Shown here in pieces: positions 1 to 19,128 of a stretch of 64,000 nt of DNA (the stretch's first letter is position 1; each line of letters starts with the position of its first letter). The notes under the pieces are model-generated. The model saw only the letters and a program-made list of their open reading frames with translations. It was not told the origin of the DNA and made no database searches. A program made the position numbers and the translations under genes. Source of the DNA: the human T2T-CHM13v2.0 reference genome, Homo sapiens; assembly GCF_009914755.1 (NCBI RefSeq), contig NC_060930.1. One strand, written 5' to 3'.

Positions 1-484
<484 letters not shown>

Positions 485-1720
485 CTATTGTTTTATACAA
501 AGTCCACCATGTTTGTGAAAGTCACCATGACAAACACCCATTTTCAATGATATTTTCAAAAGCAAAGCCTTGACCTTCTTTACTAGTTTCTGCAGATATC
601 ATTTGCCCCCAATTTTATGTTTTGAGATATTTTGAATTTCATAACAAATACTGAAATGCAGTAACAGAACTTGCAAGTGTTATCAAATTACTATTCTAGA
701 ATCATAAGAAGTCACTCAAGGAAGAAGTCAGGTAGAAACTAGAACTGCCAATGAAGAGAATGAATTCCAATCAACCATAGTAGAAATAATGCACGAAACA
801 TATGCATGCCAGGATATCATAAAGGAGAAGACTGTAAAATAAACGTACAGTGCAGAGGTGAGATATGCAAGAGATTTCTGGTCTGTCTTGAGGCAGAGGT
901 GATGAGAGGCAGCAAAAAGCAATCTGTGCTTAGAGAACAGAGATGTTAAGATGAATGGTGAAGTATGAGTTATGAGATATAACAGAGATCTTGAGGTACT
1001 GCCAGACAGACTCAAGTTAAAGCAATTACTAGCATCTGGAAGAAGTCTCCAAAGATTTTACTCAGACTTCAGTTATTGGTCCCTGACAACTATCAGGAAT
1101 GGAGCTATGACAGCCTTTTATTCAACTTTCCTAAGCAGGAAAACAAAGGCATCTCTACCACCCAAAAACTCAAAAATTTTAAACATTCTAAAAACACCTA
1201 AGTAACATTTCCTCTAAGGACTTAGCAAATTTGGTTTTGGGTTCATTGTGTTTACTTGAACTATATGTGGGCAAAGAGAATCTGAGCAAAAGGATTTGTC
1301 CTACTTAGCTAGTCACACGCACAAGTTAGTATTCTTACACTACAGCCTCATGGGACCAAAACCCAATCCATCCACTCTAACTGTGAAAGTTGAGCCTTAT
1401 CTCTCAAAGATTGATTAATTGAAGCATGGATTCACATTTTGTAGAAAGCTTACATGCCTGAGACTTCAAGTCAAAGTCAATTTGCTTAATACAATTTCTA
1501 TGATACAGTATACAAAGCATGTTCTTATAAAACAAGAACACATGAGAACACATGAGTATAATGTCTCCCATGTCCATGACATTTCCACATCATGAATGTG
1601 ACCACTGTTCACTGACAATGCATTCTTTCAACAAGTAGTTTCTGAGCACCTACTGCATGCCAAGTACTAACCAGGCTAGATGCCGAGATACAAAGATGGG
1701 TAAAAGAAATCTGGCTTTGA

Positions 1721-2275
<555 letters not shown>

Positions 2276-2479
2276 TAAATAACACAGTAAGGAAACCTAT
2301 TTATACCACCACAAGCAGCTGCAGCTTGTCAAAAAAAATCAATGAATTTTCTAAAAACATTTCTTTGGCTTGGTTTCAGTTTTCAGTTCATCTTAGAAGG
2401 TCATCAGCTAAAGATCAGGTAAGATCTAATGAATCAGCATTCTTGCACACAGCTAATGCTCTATCAGTCTCAACTTATA

Positions 2480-2917
2480 CATTCATACATTTTTTAAAAC
2501 TAATATTTATTGAAAACCTACTATGCTTTATGAGTTGAAGATACACTGGTAAACAAAACAAAGAGCCCTGACAATGTGGAATTAAATTCTAACAAAAAGA
2601 GAAACAGCAATCAATAATAATAAAAATAACAAGTGGCAGGGAGTGATGGCTTACATCTGTAATCCCAACACTTTGGGAGGCCAAAGTGGGCAGATCACTT
2701 GAGGTCAGGCATTCAAGACCAGCCTGACCAACATGGCGAAATCCCATCTCTACTAAAAATACAAAAATTAGCGTGGCATGGTGTTGCACATCTGTAATCC
2801 TAGCTACTCGGGAAGCTGAGATACGAGAATTGCTTGAACCCAAGAGGCGGAAGTTGCAGTGAGCTGGTATCGCACGACTGTACTTGCCTGGGTGACAGAG
2901 CAAGACCCTGTCTCAAA

Positions 2918-2952
<35 letters not shown>

Positions 2953-3445
2953 AACAAATAAGTATTAGAGGATGTTCATAGTGATGGCTGTGAAATAAAA
3001 CAGAGCAGGTTAAGAGAAATTGAGGGTGTGGAGGTTGAGGGACAAGTGAGAGGCAAGATGGAATTTTAAATAAAATGATCAGAGAGTCCCCATTGAGAAG
3101 GGGGGCATCTGAATAAGACTTAAAAGAGATGAAGGAGTTAGCCATACAGATATCTGGAAGAAAGACATTCAGATAAAGCCAACAGCCACTGCTACAGACC
3201 TAAGACAGGATATGCCTGGTGTACTCAAACAAGAGCAAGGAGGCCATTAGGTATGAAATAAAGAGACCAAGACAAAAAGTATTAAAAGATGAAGCTAAAG
3301 AGGTAACAGAAGAGCCAGGTACCACAGGACCATATAAGCCATTTCGAAGACCTTCAATTTGATTCTCACTAAAATAGGAAGCCACTGGAGGGAGCTGAGG
3401 CAAAAGAATAACAGATCTGACTTGTGTTTAAAAAGGTAACCATTG
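2480..3445 (-). mobile_element. L2 LINE 3' fragment, interrupted by an Alu
   Basis: CATTCAT...ATATTTATTGA...CCTACTATG L2 3'-end motif; downstream GGAGTTAGCCAT and GGAAGCCACTGGAGGG are L2-like. Confidence 0.7.
2635..2953 (+). mobile_element. AluS SINE with (AAAT)n tail
   Basis: Alu dimer; tetranucleotide tail about 2914-2953. Confidence 0.95.
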
Positions 3446-3519
3446 TGTACCGAGAAAAAGTTTCTCAACACAGAATATTTACCAAGTGCTTATTTCTAAG
3501 GTATAAAAAATTATTCCAA

Positions 3520-4831
3520 CCTAGAATAGACAACACAATCCCAGAAAATAACAAGTTGAATGACTAATACTACCCAATTTCAATACCTATTATAAAGCTA
3601 CAGTTGTCGAAACAGTGTGGTTTTGGCAAAAGAAAAGTCAAGTCGACCAAAGGAACATAACAGAGGGCCCAGAAATAGACCCACACAAATTTAGTAAAGT
3701 GATCTTTGACAAAAAAGAAAAAGCAATTCAACAGAGAATGGATAATCTTTTCAACAAATGGTACTGGAACAACTGGACATCTATATGCAAAAAATATACA
3801 AATTTAGGCACAGACCTTATACCTTTCACAAAATTTAACTCAAAATGAATCACAGACTAAATGTAAAATTCAAAACTATAAAACTTTAGGAAGATAACAT
3901 AAAAGAAAATCTAGATGACCCTGGATTTGATGATGAATTTTTAAATACAATACCAACATCATGATCCATAAAAGAAAAAACATAGGTTGGATTCATTAAA
4001 ATTAAAAACCTCCACTCTGCAAAAGACACTGTTAAGAAAATGAAAAGATAAGCCACAGACTAAGAGAAAATATTTGCAAATCATGGCTGGGCACGGTGGC
4101 TCACACCTGTAATCCCAGCACTCTGGGAGGTCAAGGCAGGCGGATCAAGAGGTCAGGAGATCAAGACCATCCTGGCCAACATGGTGAAACCCCATCTCTA
4201 CTAAAAATACAAAACTTAGCAGGGCATAGTGGAACCAGAGAGTCAGAGGTTGCAGTGAGCCAAGATCACACCACTGCACTCCAGCCTGGTGACAGAGTGA
4301 GACTCCATCGCAATATACACATATATTTGCAAATCACATATATGATAAAGAACTAGTATCCAAAATATACAAAGAAATCTTAAAAAATCAATCATAAGAA
4401 AGCAAACAACTCAGTTTAAAAGTGGGCAAAATATCTGAACAGACAGTTTACTAAAGGAAATATACAGTTGGCAAATAAGCATATAAAAAGATGCTCAACA
4501 CCATATTAGAGAATTGCAAATTAAAACAACGTGAGACACCACTATACACATCTATTGGAATGGCTAAAATCTAAAAAGATTACAACACCAGACGCTGGCA
4601 AGGAGGTGGAGCAACAGAAACTCTCTTTAACTGATGGTGGAAATGCAAAACAATACAGCTACTTTGAGTTGTTTCTTACAAAGCTAAACATAGTCTTACC
4701 ATATAATTCAGCAATTACACTTCAAGGCATTAACCCAAATGATGTGAGAAGAGGAAGGATGCGGGAACTCTGTACTTTCTGCCTAATTTTTCTGTAAACT
4801 TAAACTGCTCTAAAAGTCTATTAAAAAAAAA
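3520..4831 (+). mobile_element. Old L1 (L1MC1/2-like) ORF2 3' part joined to the 3' end, internally deleted
   Basis: ORF 3615-3848 resembles L1 ORF2 (LFNKWYWNNWTSICKK); terminus TTCTGTAAACTTAAACTGCTCTAAAAGTCTATTAAAA. Confidence 0.8.
4085..4311 (+). mobile_element. AluSc-like SINE with internal deletion, inside the L1
   Basis: GATCAAGACCATCCTGGCCAAC diagnostic segment; TSD ATATTTGCAAATCA on both sides. Confidence 0.9.
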
Positions 4832-4833
4832 TT

Positions 4834-5171
<338 letters not shown>

Positions 5172-5998
5172 TTATTACTTTATTATCCATACTCTGCCCA
5201 CTTCCAACATGGAGTTAACACATACGAAAAGGATACTAAAAGTAGAAATAAAATATCAAAACTCATGTGTAAGGAAATCAATACAGTTACATCAAAATTT
5301 TGGCTAAAGAGTTATTTATTGATGTTCCTTTGCTGACTTCCTTCAGTCAAGCCTCACTATATGTTCTCATTGCATATGAATCTGCCCTTCAGAGCATCCA
5401 TTCTGGTGTTATAACTTAATCAGTGTCTAAACAGCAGATAAGACTCCTAAACAGCAGATAAGAGAGTTTAATGATGCAATAGTAACCAGGAAACCATTAA
5501 TTTGGTAAAGAAACTGGGGTACAGAGAAGTTAGACAAATCATGAAAAGTCCCACTTAAAAATGGTACAGCCAGGTTTTCAACATTTGGTCTGTTTGACTC
5601 CCAGGCCTCATGGTATTGGTGTTACGCCATAAAGTATGATATAATTTTTGGACCTAATGTTATCTTCAAGTTGTAAAAGGCAGTGACTCAATAAAAATAA
5701 TTTAGTTAAGCTGAAAATCAGCTGAATTTAATTTATAAAGATCATAATTTCTCCTAATTTCAAACCCTGCTAATACAATAAAACGCAGAGTGTGGGATGC
5801 CCTATTTCATTCCATGCATCCACATAGAGTTGGGGGCTCAGGTTCACTACTGGATAAACTAAAAGTTGGCATCCTCAGTCAATTTACCTGAGTGCTGCAA
5901 CATAATAAGGGTTTGAAATGATGAACCAGGATTTTTCCCAGGCTAGTTTTTGCTACACCTGTAAAATGGGACTCTTACAGTAAAACCTGCTGCCTTTA

Positions 5999-6316
<318 letters not shown>

Positions 6317-8059
6317 TCCAGCAAGGAGCCTAAATTATCAAGGAGTAAGGTAGGAATTTGAGAAAAGAAAAGCTCTATTTATAAACATATCTCTTCTGGT
6401 CAATATAAACACAGCCTTAGAGCTACCACATCCCAAAATAATTTATCTTAAAAAAAAAAAACTCTGATTATACAATTACTAGGAGGAATCTTAACTATAT
6501 TCCCTTTATATAAGAGTCTCTTTAAAAGGGAATGGAATCATAAATATTACCTTAGAAATCTGAGTATTACTTTAGAAGTTCATAAATTCTTTAACACAGG
6601 GCCCCCAATTTAGGCTAATGATAATCCTCACACTAGTATGTGACTAAAATTGTCTGCAAAGAGCAGTTGTCCAACTGACATTCTGGATCTGTCTGTGATA
6701 TAATAGGTAAAGAATGTGGTGTCATTTAAGGAGACACTATAATTTCCTGTACTGAATGCAGAGTATTAAAATGTTGCTGTAATTTTATTTTTTTCTAACA
6801 TTTCTAAATGTATAAATCATCATCAAATAAACACAAAAGCCTTGCATCAAAATATTTAGGTATATATTTTATTATTGACTATTTATGGACAAGATGTTGA
6901 GGCTCCATTTTCCTATCTAAAAAACTGGAAATACCTGGACATTGCTTGCCATGAATACAAAATGCACACATGTAAGAGCAAAATCAATCACAACTACAGG
7001 GAAAAAACTGCATCAAACACTAGAAATCATTAACAGTTTTTGGCTCATAGCTCTCTGCAAGAATCTGATGAACCCTGTGGACTTTTCTTCTAAATGCACA
7101 TATACATGTATACAAAACTATACCTTACAAACTTAGAAAGTAACCGACCTTTTACCTCAGCCCAAAAACTTCTAACCAGGAGAAAAATCCCATTATAACA
7201 TTGCATTGAAGAGTCACTAGACATGTACTTTGGCCTCTAAGACACAGGCAGAATGACTTATATATAAAGTATTAATACTCCAGTGAGAAAATAAAAGAAT
7301 ACCAGTATTAGTTATAAAAGGTTCTCCAAAAGGGAAACTGAAATAAAAGTAGGGAAGAGTAACACCCTAGCATGTGGGGTCCAGGTTATTTTAGACATGA
7401 GGATTGAGTAATGCCAAGAAAGCTGACATGTCAAAATCTCAACTTTTAAAATAGGTATATTTTTAGGCTTCTTTAGCAGGCTTCGGTTATGTAAATGCTT
7501 AATCATTTGGTAAAGCCGAATGTCAAATTTACATATAAAAACACATAAATTTGCAATATAACATCTAAATTATTTCATGTGATGGAAAATAAGAACTAAA
7601 AATACATGTTACTTATTAGCTGAATCATAGGTAGAAGTTTCTTAAAGTGATGTTTTTATGTGATGATACTGCCCATACTAGAAGAGCGTGGGGCAGGAGA
7701 CTGCATGGCAGAGCAGAAACGGCACATACTGCAAGCTAACTCTCTTCGATCTGCTCCTAGAACTGCAACTGATTAGCCATGTGATTCCGATCAAGTCATT
7801 ATCTTTCGGGATCCCAATTTTTAAAACCTATGAAGTTAAAGGAATGCCCCATATGACCTTTAAAACTGCTAATTATTTTATTCTAAAGTTATCTAAGAGT
7901 ATATCAAAAGTAAACAAGAATCAGGGTCAATTAGTGGAGCAGAACAATTAAAATCACAAGTAGTTTTCATTAGAGGATGCCCCAAAACAACATTTCATAC
8001 ATGAGCGAAAATTCCTCAGGAATGTTGCTGCCACAAATATTTTGGTCCTTCAGAGTCAT

Positions 8060-8565
8060 TGTGATAGCCAGCCTCCAGGAGGAATCCCAGTAATCCCCAC
8101 CTCTGTTATGCACATCCTTACACAGTCTCCTCTCACAGTGCACTAGGGTTGTCATTGTGACCAACTGTATACAGCAAAAATGGTACGTTACTTCCAAGAT
8201 TGCATTATAAAAGACAAAATCTTCAGCTTGGGTGCCTACTCTCCCTCACTCTTGGTTTCTTGTTCTAGGGAAAGCATGCTGTCATGTGGTGAGCATGCTG
8301 TGGCTTCTGGACAACAGCAAGCAAGGAACTGAGGTGGACCAACAAGCATGTGAGTAAGCCTGGAAACAGATCCACTAACTCAGCTGAGCCTTGAGATGAC
8401 TACAACACCTTGACTGCCACCTGATGGGAGACCCTGAGCCTAAAACACACAGCTGAGCAATTCCTAGATTCCTGTCCCTCAGAAACTGTGATACAGTAAA
8501 TATTTCTTGTTTTAATCTAGTAGGTTTTGGGGTAATTTGTTATATAGCAATAGGTAACAGATACA
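8060..8565 (+). mobile_element. MLT1-family (MaLR) solo LTR, MLT1E/F-like
   Basis: TG...CA ends (TGTGATAG...AGATACA), 5-bp TSD GTCAT at 8055-8059 and 8566-8570, MLT1 3' motif TTTGTTATATAGCAATAGGTAAC. Confidence 0.85.
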
Positions 8566-8764
8566 GTCATCTTTTATTCTTTTTTTTAGCCTCTTGGACC
8601 TTATAAGTTATTGGTCCAGATTTATTTAGTTATTCTTTCACCCTGTCTCTTATATAACCACTGCTTATATATATACTTTTTTCATTTCCTTTGCAACCAC
8701 CCAGATTTGGGTCCCCTGAATCTCACTATTAAAAATACCACAAAAGTCTATACACTATATCTCT

Positions 8765-9098
8765 AAGTCAAGAATCCCAAATTCAAATATATATGAGATA
8801 TTCAGGCAATGTCAAGTGGACTAAGCATAAGGTAATGGGGAGGTTGGGGACAGTGGTGAACATCAGGATGAATGTGCCTTCTTAGGGTGCTGTCTTCTGC
8901 TCAACCCCAACCAACTGCTGCCATGTGAGTATGTGGGCCCAGTGTTGCCAGATCACCTGCTTTTATACGAAGACCCTAAACTCTCTATTTTTATGATATT
9001 TCTCAATTTTTGAATATTGGCTTAAAATTGTTACAGTATATAGAACAAAATATATCTACCATCTGGACTCAGCCTGTGAGCCACCAATTTCCAGCCTC
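8765..9098. mobile_element. MER102-like hAT-Charlie DNA transposon remnant
   Basis: GTGGGCCCAGTGTTGCCAGATC core and CCTGTGAGCCACCAATTT end resemble MER102. Confidence 0.6.
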
Positions 9099-9100
9099 TA

Positions 9101-9441
<341 letters not shown>

Positions 9442-10010
9442 TCAGATCTTGATTCCCCTGCTCAAAACATTTAAGAGTTATCCATGACTATCCATGGTTC
9501 TCTAACTGAGAAAGCTGACATTCACATACCTCTTCAATCTACCTGACCCAAACTTACCTCTCCAGCCTTATAGTCTCTATTGAAATGTTCTGTTACGGCA
9601 GACAGGCCTATCCAACACTCTCTAAAAAAGTCATTTCCCACCCACAATATTCCAGCCAACTTGCCCCATCCATGCCCTACCCATAGCTTAAAACCAAACC
9701 AAATATCACTTCCTCAGGTAAGACTTCCCTGACAGCCCATCATCCTCTAAAGTCCTGCAACAAACAACAGTCAAGATATTCATTTAGCCATTCAACACAT
9801 ATCAGTTCAATGGCTCTTTTACTGCCATCTTGAACTTTTCTTTGAACCTGGTATGTTTATCTTTTCAGACATTTATATTGTTCACTAACTATGATGAAAT
9901 ATGCTATCTACAAAACTGAATTCAGTTCACTTCAAACCATAATTACAGAATACCCTGAAGTCATCACCTACTAAATTCTGTGCTAAAGATTATACAAAGA
10001 AGAAATACAA

Positions 10011-10311
<301 letters not shown>

Positions 10312-10809
10312 GGAAAAGAAATACAAATCCCTAACATCCGGGAGTCTACAGATTCTTGCAAAAGCAAGATGCAAACAGCTTCAATAGTAGAGTGTAATAA
10401 GTTTTGAGGGGAATTTTAGTTACAAGAGTAACTAAATTCTCCCAGGAAGAACAGAAAGAACAAGGAAGAGATTACGGTTGATCTGGGAGAGGAAGAACAG
10501 TTTACTAAAATAAGCCTCTCCTCATCCTCTTCAGCCAACAGGCATCCTCTAAACAACCCTAACAGTCTCCGTTAAACCCAAGCACACCTGCATCCATAGC
10601 CAACGTCATTACTATCCACAAACTTTTAGGCTGCTTTGTTTATTTAACCTTGAATATCTCCTTTTTATCTCTAAATGGAACTGTGGCCATCCTAATTACA
10701 TAGACAATGGGTACCAAAAAGTATTTCACTTACTAACTAAAATAGGTCTAAAGTTTTATAAGCTATGATTTCAAAATAGCAGTATTACTCTTAAAGATAG
10801 ATGGCAAAA

Positions 10810-11948
10810 CATTTCAAAGGCCCAGCGCTTAGATATTGGTTTCTAATATCAGCTTCCAATAAAAGGAACCAGGGCTCCTTAGAGAAATGGTTGATTTCAG
10901 GGCTAGGGCAGGAAATACACAAGATGAGCCTCAAGCACCTTGGAATGTCAGAAAAGGAAGGAAGTGCTCAAAAAACAAAGCAAAGGAGCATAGCGAAAGC
11001 ACACAGGAGCAAACCTGAAAGAGCTCCCAATGGCCAAAGCTGGAATAATTTGAGCAACAAAACAAGTAGCATAACATTGGATTATAATCCAAAGTATAAA
11101 TATCTACAAGTCCATATTGACATACATCAAGTGACTGAATGAATTAAAAAATTAGAGAAGAAAGAAGTTTCCTTCACACAAAAATCCAAACAATTTATGT
11201 AGATATTCTCCTCTCAAGGATGTGAAGCTTAATTCCCCATCCCCCGTTGTGGGCTGCACTTACAGTGCTTTGCTTCCAAATAATGATGTAAGTAAGGATG
11301 GGGGAGGAAAGAAACCTGGCAAACTTTACCGCAGTCAGGTAATCAAGGATAATAACATCATAGTGACAAGTCATGTGGGTAGCACCTACCCTTGATAAGA
11401 CATGTGAATTGATATGTTAATAATGGCACTTCACCTCTGTGGTCTTCCTTGCAAAGACCCATAACCTCAATCTAACCATAGGAAAAACATCAGATAAACC
11501 CAAATTGAAGGACATTCTACAAAATACCTGACCACTACTCCTCAAAACTGTCAAAATCATCACAAACAAGGAAAGTCTAAGAAAATGTCACAGACCAGAG
11601 AAGACTACAGAGACATGACAATGAAATGTAATGTGGTATCCCGGATAGGATGCCAGAAGGCAAAAAAACAAAAAGGACGTTAGGGAAGAACTAATGATAC
11701 TCATATCAAGTATGGAATTTAATTAAAGATTATGTACCAGTGTTGGTCCATTAGTTATGATACATGTACATACTAATTTAAGATGCTAACAACAGGGGAA
11801 GTTGGACACAGGGTGTTCAGGACCTACCTGTAATATTTTTGCAACTTTTCTGTTGCCAAGATCTAAAATCTATCCTAAATCTAAATCCATTACTATTTAA
11901 TACTATTGTAAAATCTAAAGTATTCTAAAATTAAAAGTTTATTAAAAT
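10810..11948 (+). mobile_element. Old L1 3' UTR (L1MC3/4-like)
   Basis: AAAAGGAACCAGGGCTCCTTAGAGAAATGG; CCCAAATTGAAGGACATTCTACAAAATACCTGACC; terminus TATTCTAAAATTAAAAGTTTATT. Confidence 0.75.
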
Positions 11949-13008
11949 TTTTTTTAATTTCAAAAGGGTCACATATTTTGAAACCTTTCAAGAGTGAAAA
12001 AGAGGACTGCAGACTTAAGATTCACAATAAAAAATATTGTTAAAAAGGCAAACTCTACACCTAAATTATTTATTTTTATTTTCAAAATATTTTTTAAAAA
12101 CTTACTGGCACTAAATGACCTTTATCACATCCAGAGATTTTATTTTGAATAGCATTACCGAAGCAAATTGTTTAAACATCACAATCAAATCAAGACTTGA
12201 ATCTCATCAACATACCAGGGAAAAGTCAGTTTTGAGGAGACAGGCATTGTGACAGCTTAATTTGAAATTTTAACAATTATAGTAATGGAATCACACACAA
12301 ATACTGTTTGGTCATCCTAACATGGTCCATTATGTTTTATAAATTGGCTAGAAATTAAGAATGAATACTGCTCATCTTCATGCAGAGACAAAAATGCTTC
12401 TCTTATTGCTGATTATTCTTTACTTGGCAGTGGCTCCTAACACTTGACTTGAATTAACCCTGATTTATCTAAGGAAGTACAAGACATTTATGTTTAAGGC
12501 AATCCAACAAATAGGAAACCCTGTTTCTGAATAAACTCTGAATCAACTGAGAAGTGAGATAAAATAGATAAGAAGTAAGAGAAATAAGTTAGATAGAAGG
12601 ATAAGAGAAATACGAAGGCAAAAGGAGCAAAATATTACCTTTACTAACAATATAACCTAGCTTAAAGAATATTACTTACTACAGGCAAGTAGATGGTTTC
12701 CAAACACTAAGTCCCATAATTGAAGACTTACCCTCCCAGTCACAGGCAATGCAGTGTCATGCAAGTGGGACAGCCTGACCCTGTAAAACTTACAGCATGA
12801 TGGAACAGGCTAAATCACAGAGAGCTTGCTCATAAAAGAAAGAGGAAAAAGTGAGTGGTCCAAATAAACCCACTTTCTAATTTGAAACTCACCAATCACA
12901 TTCAGTCACTTCCAAAAGGCACAAGAAGGCATAAATATTACACTAATGGGGTCTCTGTCATATGAAGTGAATCATTAGAAATAGGAAAGAAGCATTTCCC
13001 ACATAGGA

Positions 13009-13302
13009 TTTTTTTTTTTTTAAGATAGGGTCTTGATTTGTTGCCCAGGCTGGAGTACAATGGCATGATTGCAGCACACTGCAGCCTTCTGGGCCCAAGC
13101 CATCCTCCCACCTCACTTCCCAAGTACCTGGACTACAGGCATATGCCACCACACCTGGATAATTTGGGGGCGTTTCTGTTTTTGTAGAGATGGGGTTTCA
13201 CCATGTTGCCCAGGCTGGTCTCAAATGCCTGAGCTCAAGCAATTCCCCCACCTCAGCCTCCCAAAGTGCTAGGATTACAGGCATGAGCCACTGCCCCCGG
13301 CC
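13009..13302 (-). mobile_element. AluJ SINE
   Basis: Reverse-complement Alu with J features. Confidence 0.92.
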
Positions 13303-13648
13303 TGTAAGGAGTATTTTTAAATGCAAAAGAAGGTCTAAGAAAACTTAAATGTAAATATTCCTTGGTTCAGTTATTCCAGTTACAAATTTATTATATCACG
13401 TATAAGCACAAAAATTGAGTAAATCCAAGGAGTGCTTCTACTAGCATAGTTCTTTAAGTCAGTAGTATAAATGAAATCAAGGAATTGGGAGCCTTTCATT
13501 CATCTCTGTCTCCCTAAGCAACACCATGAATTAGGATAAAAACAAATCAAAATTGTCCAGGTTATCATGGTACAGAACTGAGGCAGAAATATTGCAAGAG
13601 GATTACAGGTCTGAGGGCCTACTGGTGCCCAGAGTCTTCCTTATTCTT

Positions 13649-15008
13649 TTCTCTTTTTTTTTTTTTTTTCAAATCTGTTAGTTATTTTTTTTTTAATTAT
13701 ACTTTAAGTTTTAGGGTACATGTGCACAACGTGCAGGTTAGTTACATATGTATACATATGCCATGTTGGTATGCTGCACCCAGTAACTCATCATTTAACA
13801 TTAGGTATATCTCCAAATGGTATCCCTCCCCCCTCCCCCCACCCCACAACAGGCCCCGGTGTGTGATGTTCCCCTTCCTGTGTCCATGTGTTCTCATTGT
13901 TCAATTCCCATCTATGAGTGAGAACATGTGGTGTTTGGTTTTTTGTCCTTGAGATAGTTTACTGAGAATGATGGTTTCCAGCTTGATCCATGTCCCTACA
14001 AAGTACATTAACTCATCATTTTTTATGGCTGTACAGTATTCCATGGTGTATATGTGCCACATTTTCTTAATCCAGTCTATTATTGTTGGACATTTGGCTT
14101 GGTTCCAAGTCTTTGCTGTTGTGAGTAGAGCTGCAATAAACATACGTGTGCATGTGTCTTTACAGCAGCATGATTTATAATCCTTTGGGTATATACCCAG
14201 TAATGGGATGACTGGGTCAAATGGTATTTCTAGTTCTAGATCCCTGAGGAATCACCACACTGACTTCCACAATGGTTGAATGAGTTTACAGTCCCACCAA
14301 TAGCGTAAAAGTGTTCCTATTTCTCCACATCCTCTCCAGCACCTGTTGTCTCCTGACTTTTTAATGATCACCATTCTAACTGGTGTGAGATGGTATCTCA
14401 TTGTGGTTTTGATTTGCATTTCTCTGATGGCCAGTGATGATGAGCATTTTTTCATGTGTCTTTTGGCTGCATAAACGTCTTCTTTTGAGAAGTGTCTGTT
14501 CAAATCCTTCACCCACTTTTTGATGGGGTTGTTTGTTTTTTTCCTGTAAATTTGCTGGAGTTCATTGTAGATTCTGGATATTAGCCCTTTGTCAGATGAG
14601 TAGATTGCAAAAAATTTCTCCCATTCTGTAGGTTGCCTGTTCACTTTGATGGTAGTTTCTTTTGCTGTGCAGAAGCTCTTTAGTTTAAATAGATCCCATT
14701 TGTCAATTTTGGCTTTTGTTGCCATTGCTTTTGGTGTTTTAGACATGAAGTCCTTGCCCATGCCTATGTCCTGAATGGTATTGTCTAGGTTTTCTTCAAG
14801 GGTTTTTATGGTTTTAAGTCTAACATTTAAGTCTTTAATCCATCTTGAATTAATTTTTGTATAAGGTGTAAGGAAGGGATCCAGTTTCAGCTTTCTACAT
14901 ATAGCTAGCCAGTTTTCCCAGCACCATTTATTAAATAGGGAATCATTTCCCCATTTCTTGTTTTTGTCAGGTTTGTCAAAGATCAGATGGTTGTAGATAT
15001 GTGGCATT
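13649..15008 (-). mobile_element. 5'-truncated L1 (L1PA4-like), about 1.35 kb, with double poly-A and a 15-nt spacer
   Basis: ORF2 C-terminal translations (14252-15007, 13901-14143), L1PA 3' UTR, TSD AGTCTTCCTTATTCTT at 13633-13648 and 15009-15024. Confidence 0.95.
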
Positions 15009-15241
15009 AGTCTTCCTTATTCTTTTTTTTTTTAATATTATACTTTAAGTTTTAGGGTACATGTGCACAATGTGCAGGTTAGTTACATATGTATACATGT
15101 GCCATGCTGGTGTGCTGCACCCATTAACTCGTCATTTAGCATTAGGTATATCTCCTAATGCTATCCCTCCCCCCTCCCCCCACCCCATAACATTCCCCAG
15201 AGTGTGATGTTCCCCTTCCTGTGTCCATGTGTTCTCATTGT

Positions 15242-19080
<3,839 letters not shown>

Positions 19081-19128
19081 TTATTTTGCTCGTTAGTTGA
19101 TGCAGTTTCTTCCTAGTCTCAATGGTCT

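Noticed and set aside
5427-5463. CTAAACAGCAGATAAGA repeated twice, and similar short direct repeats near 1535, 21240, 24138 and 40111
   Set aside because: Ordinary two-copy slippage duplications; no spacer array or CRISPR-like organisation.
5888-5958. Minus-strand AG...GT-bounded 71-nt segment
   Set aside because: The acceptor resembles the common MIR motif CCCATTTTACAG, the donor is moderate, and there is no other support.
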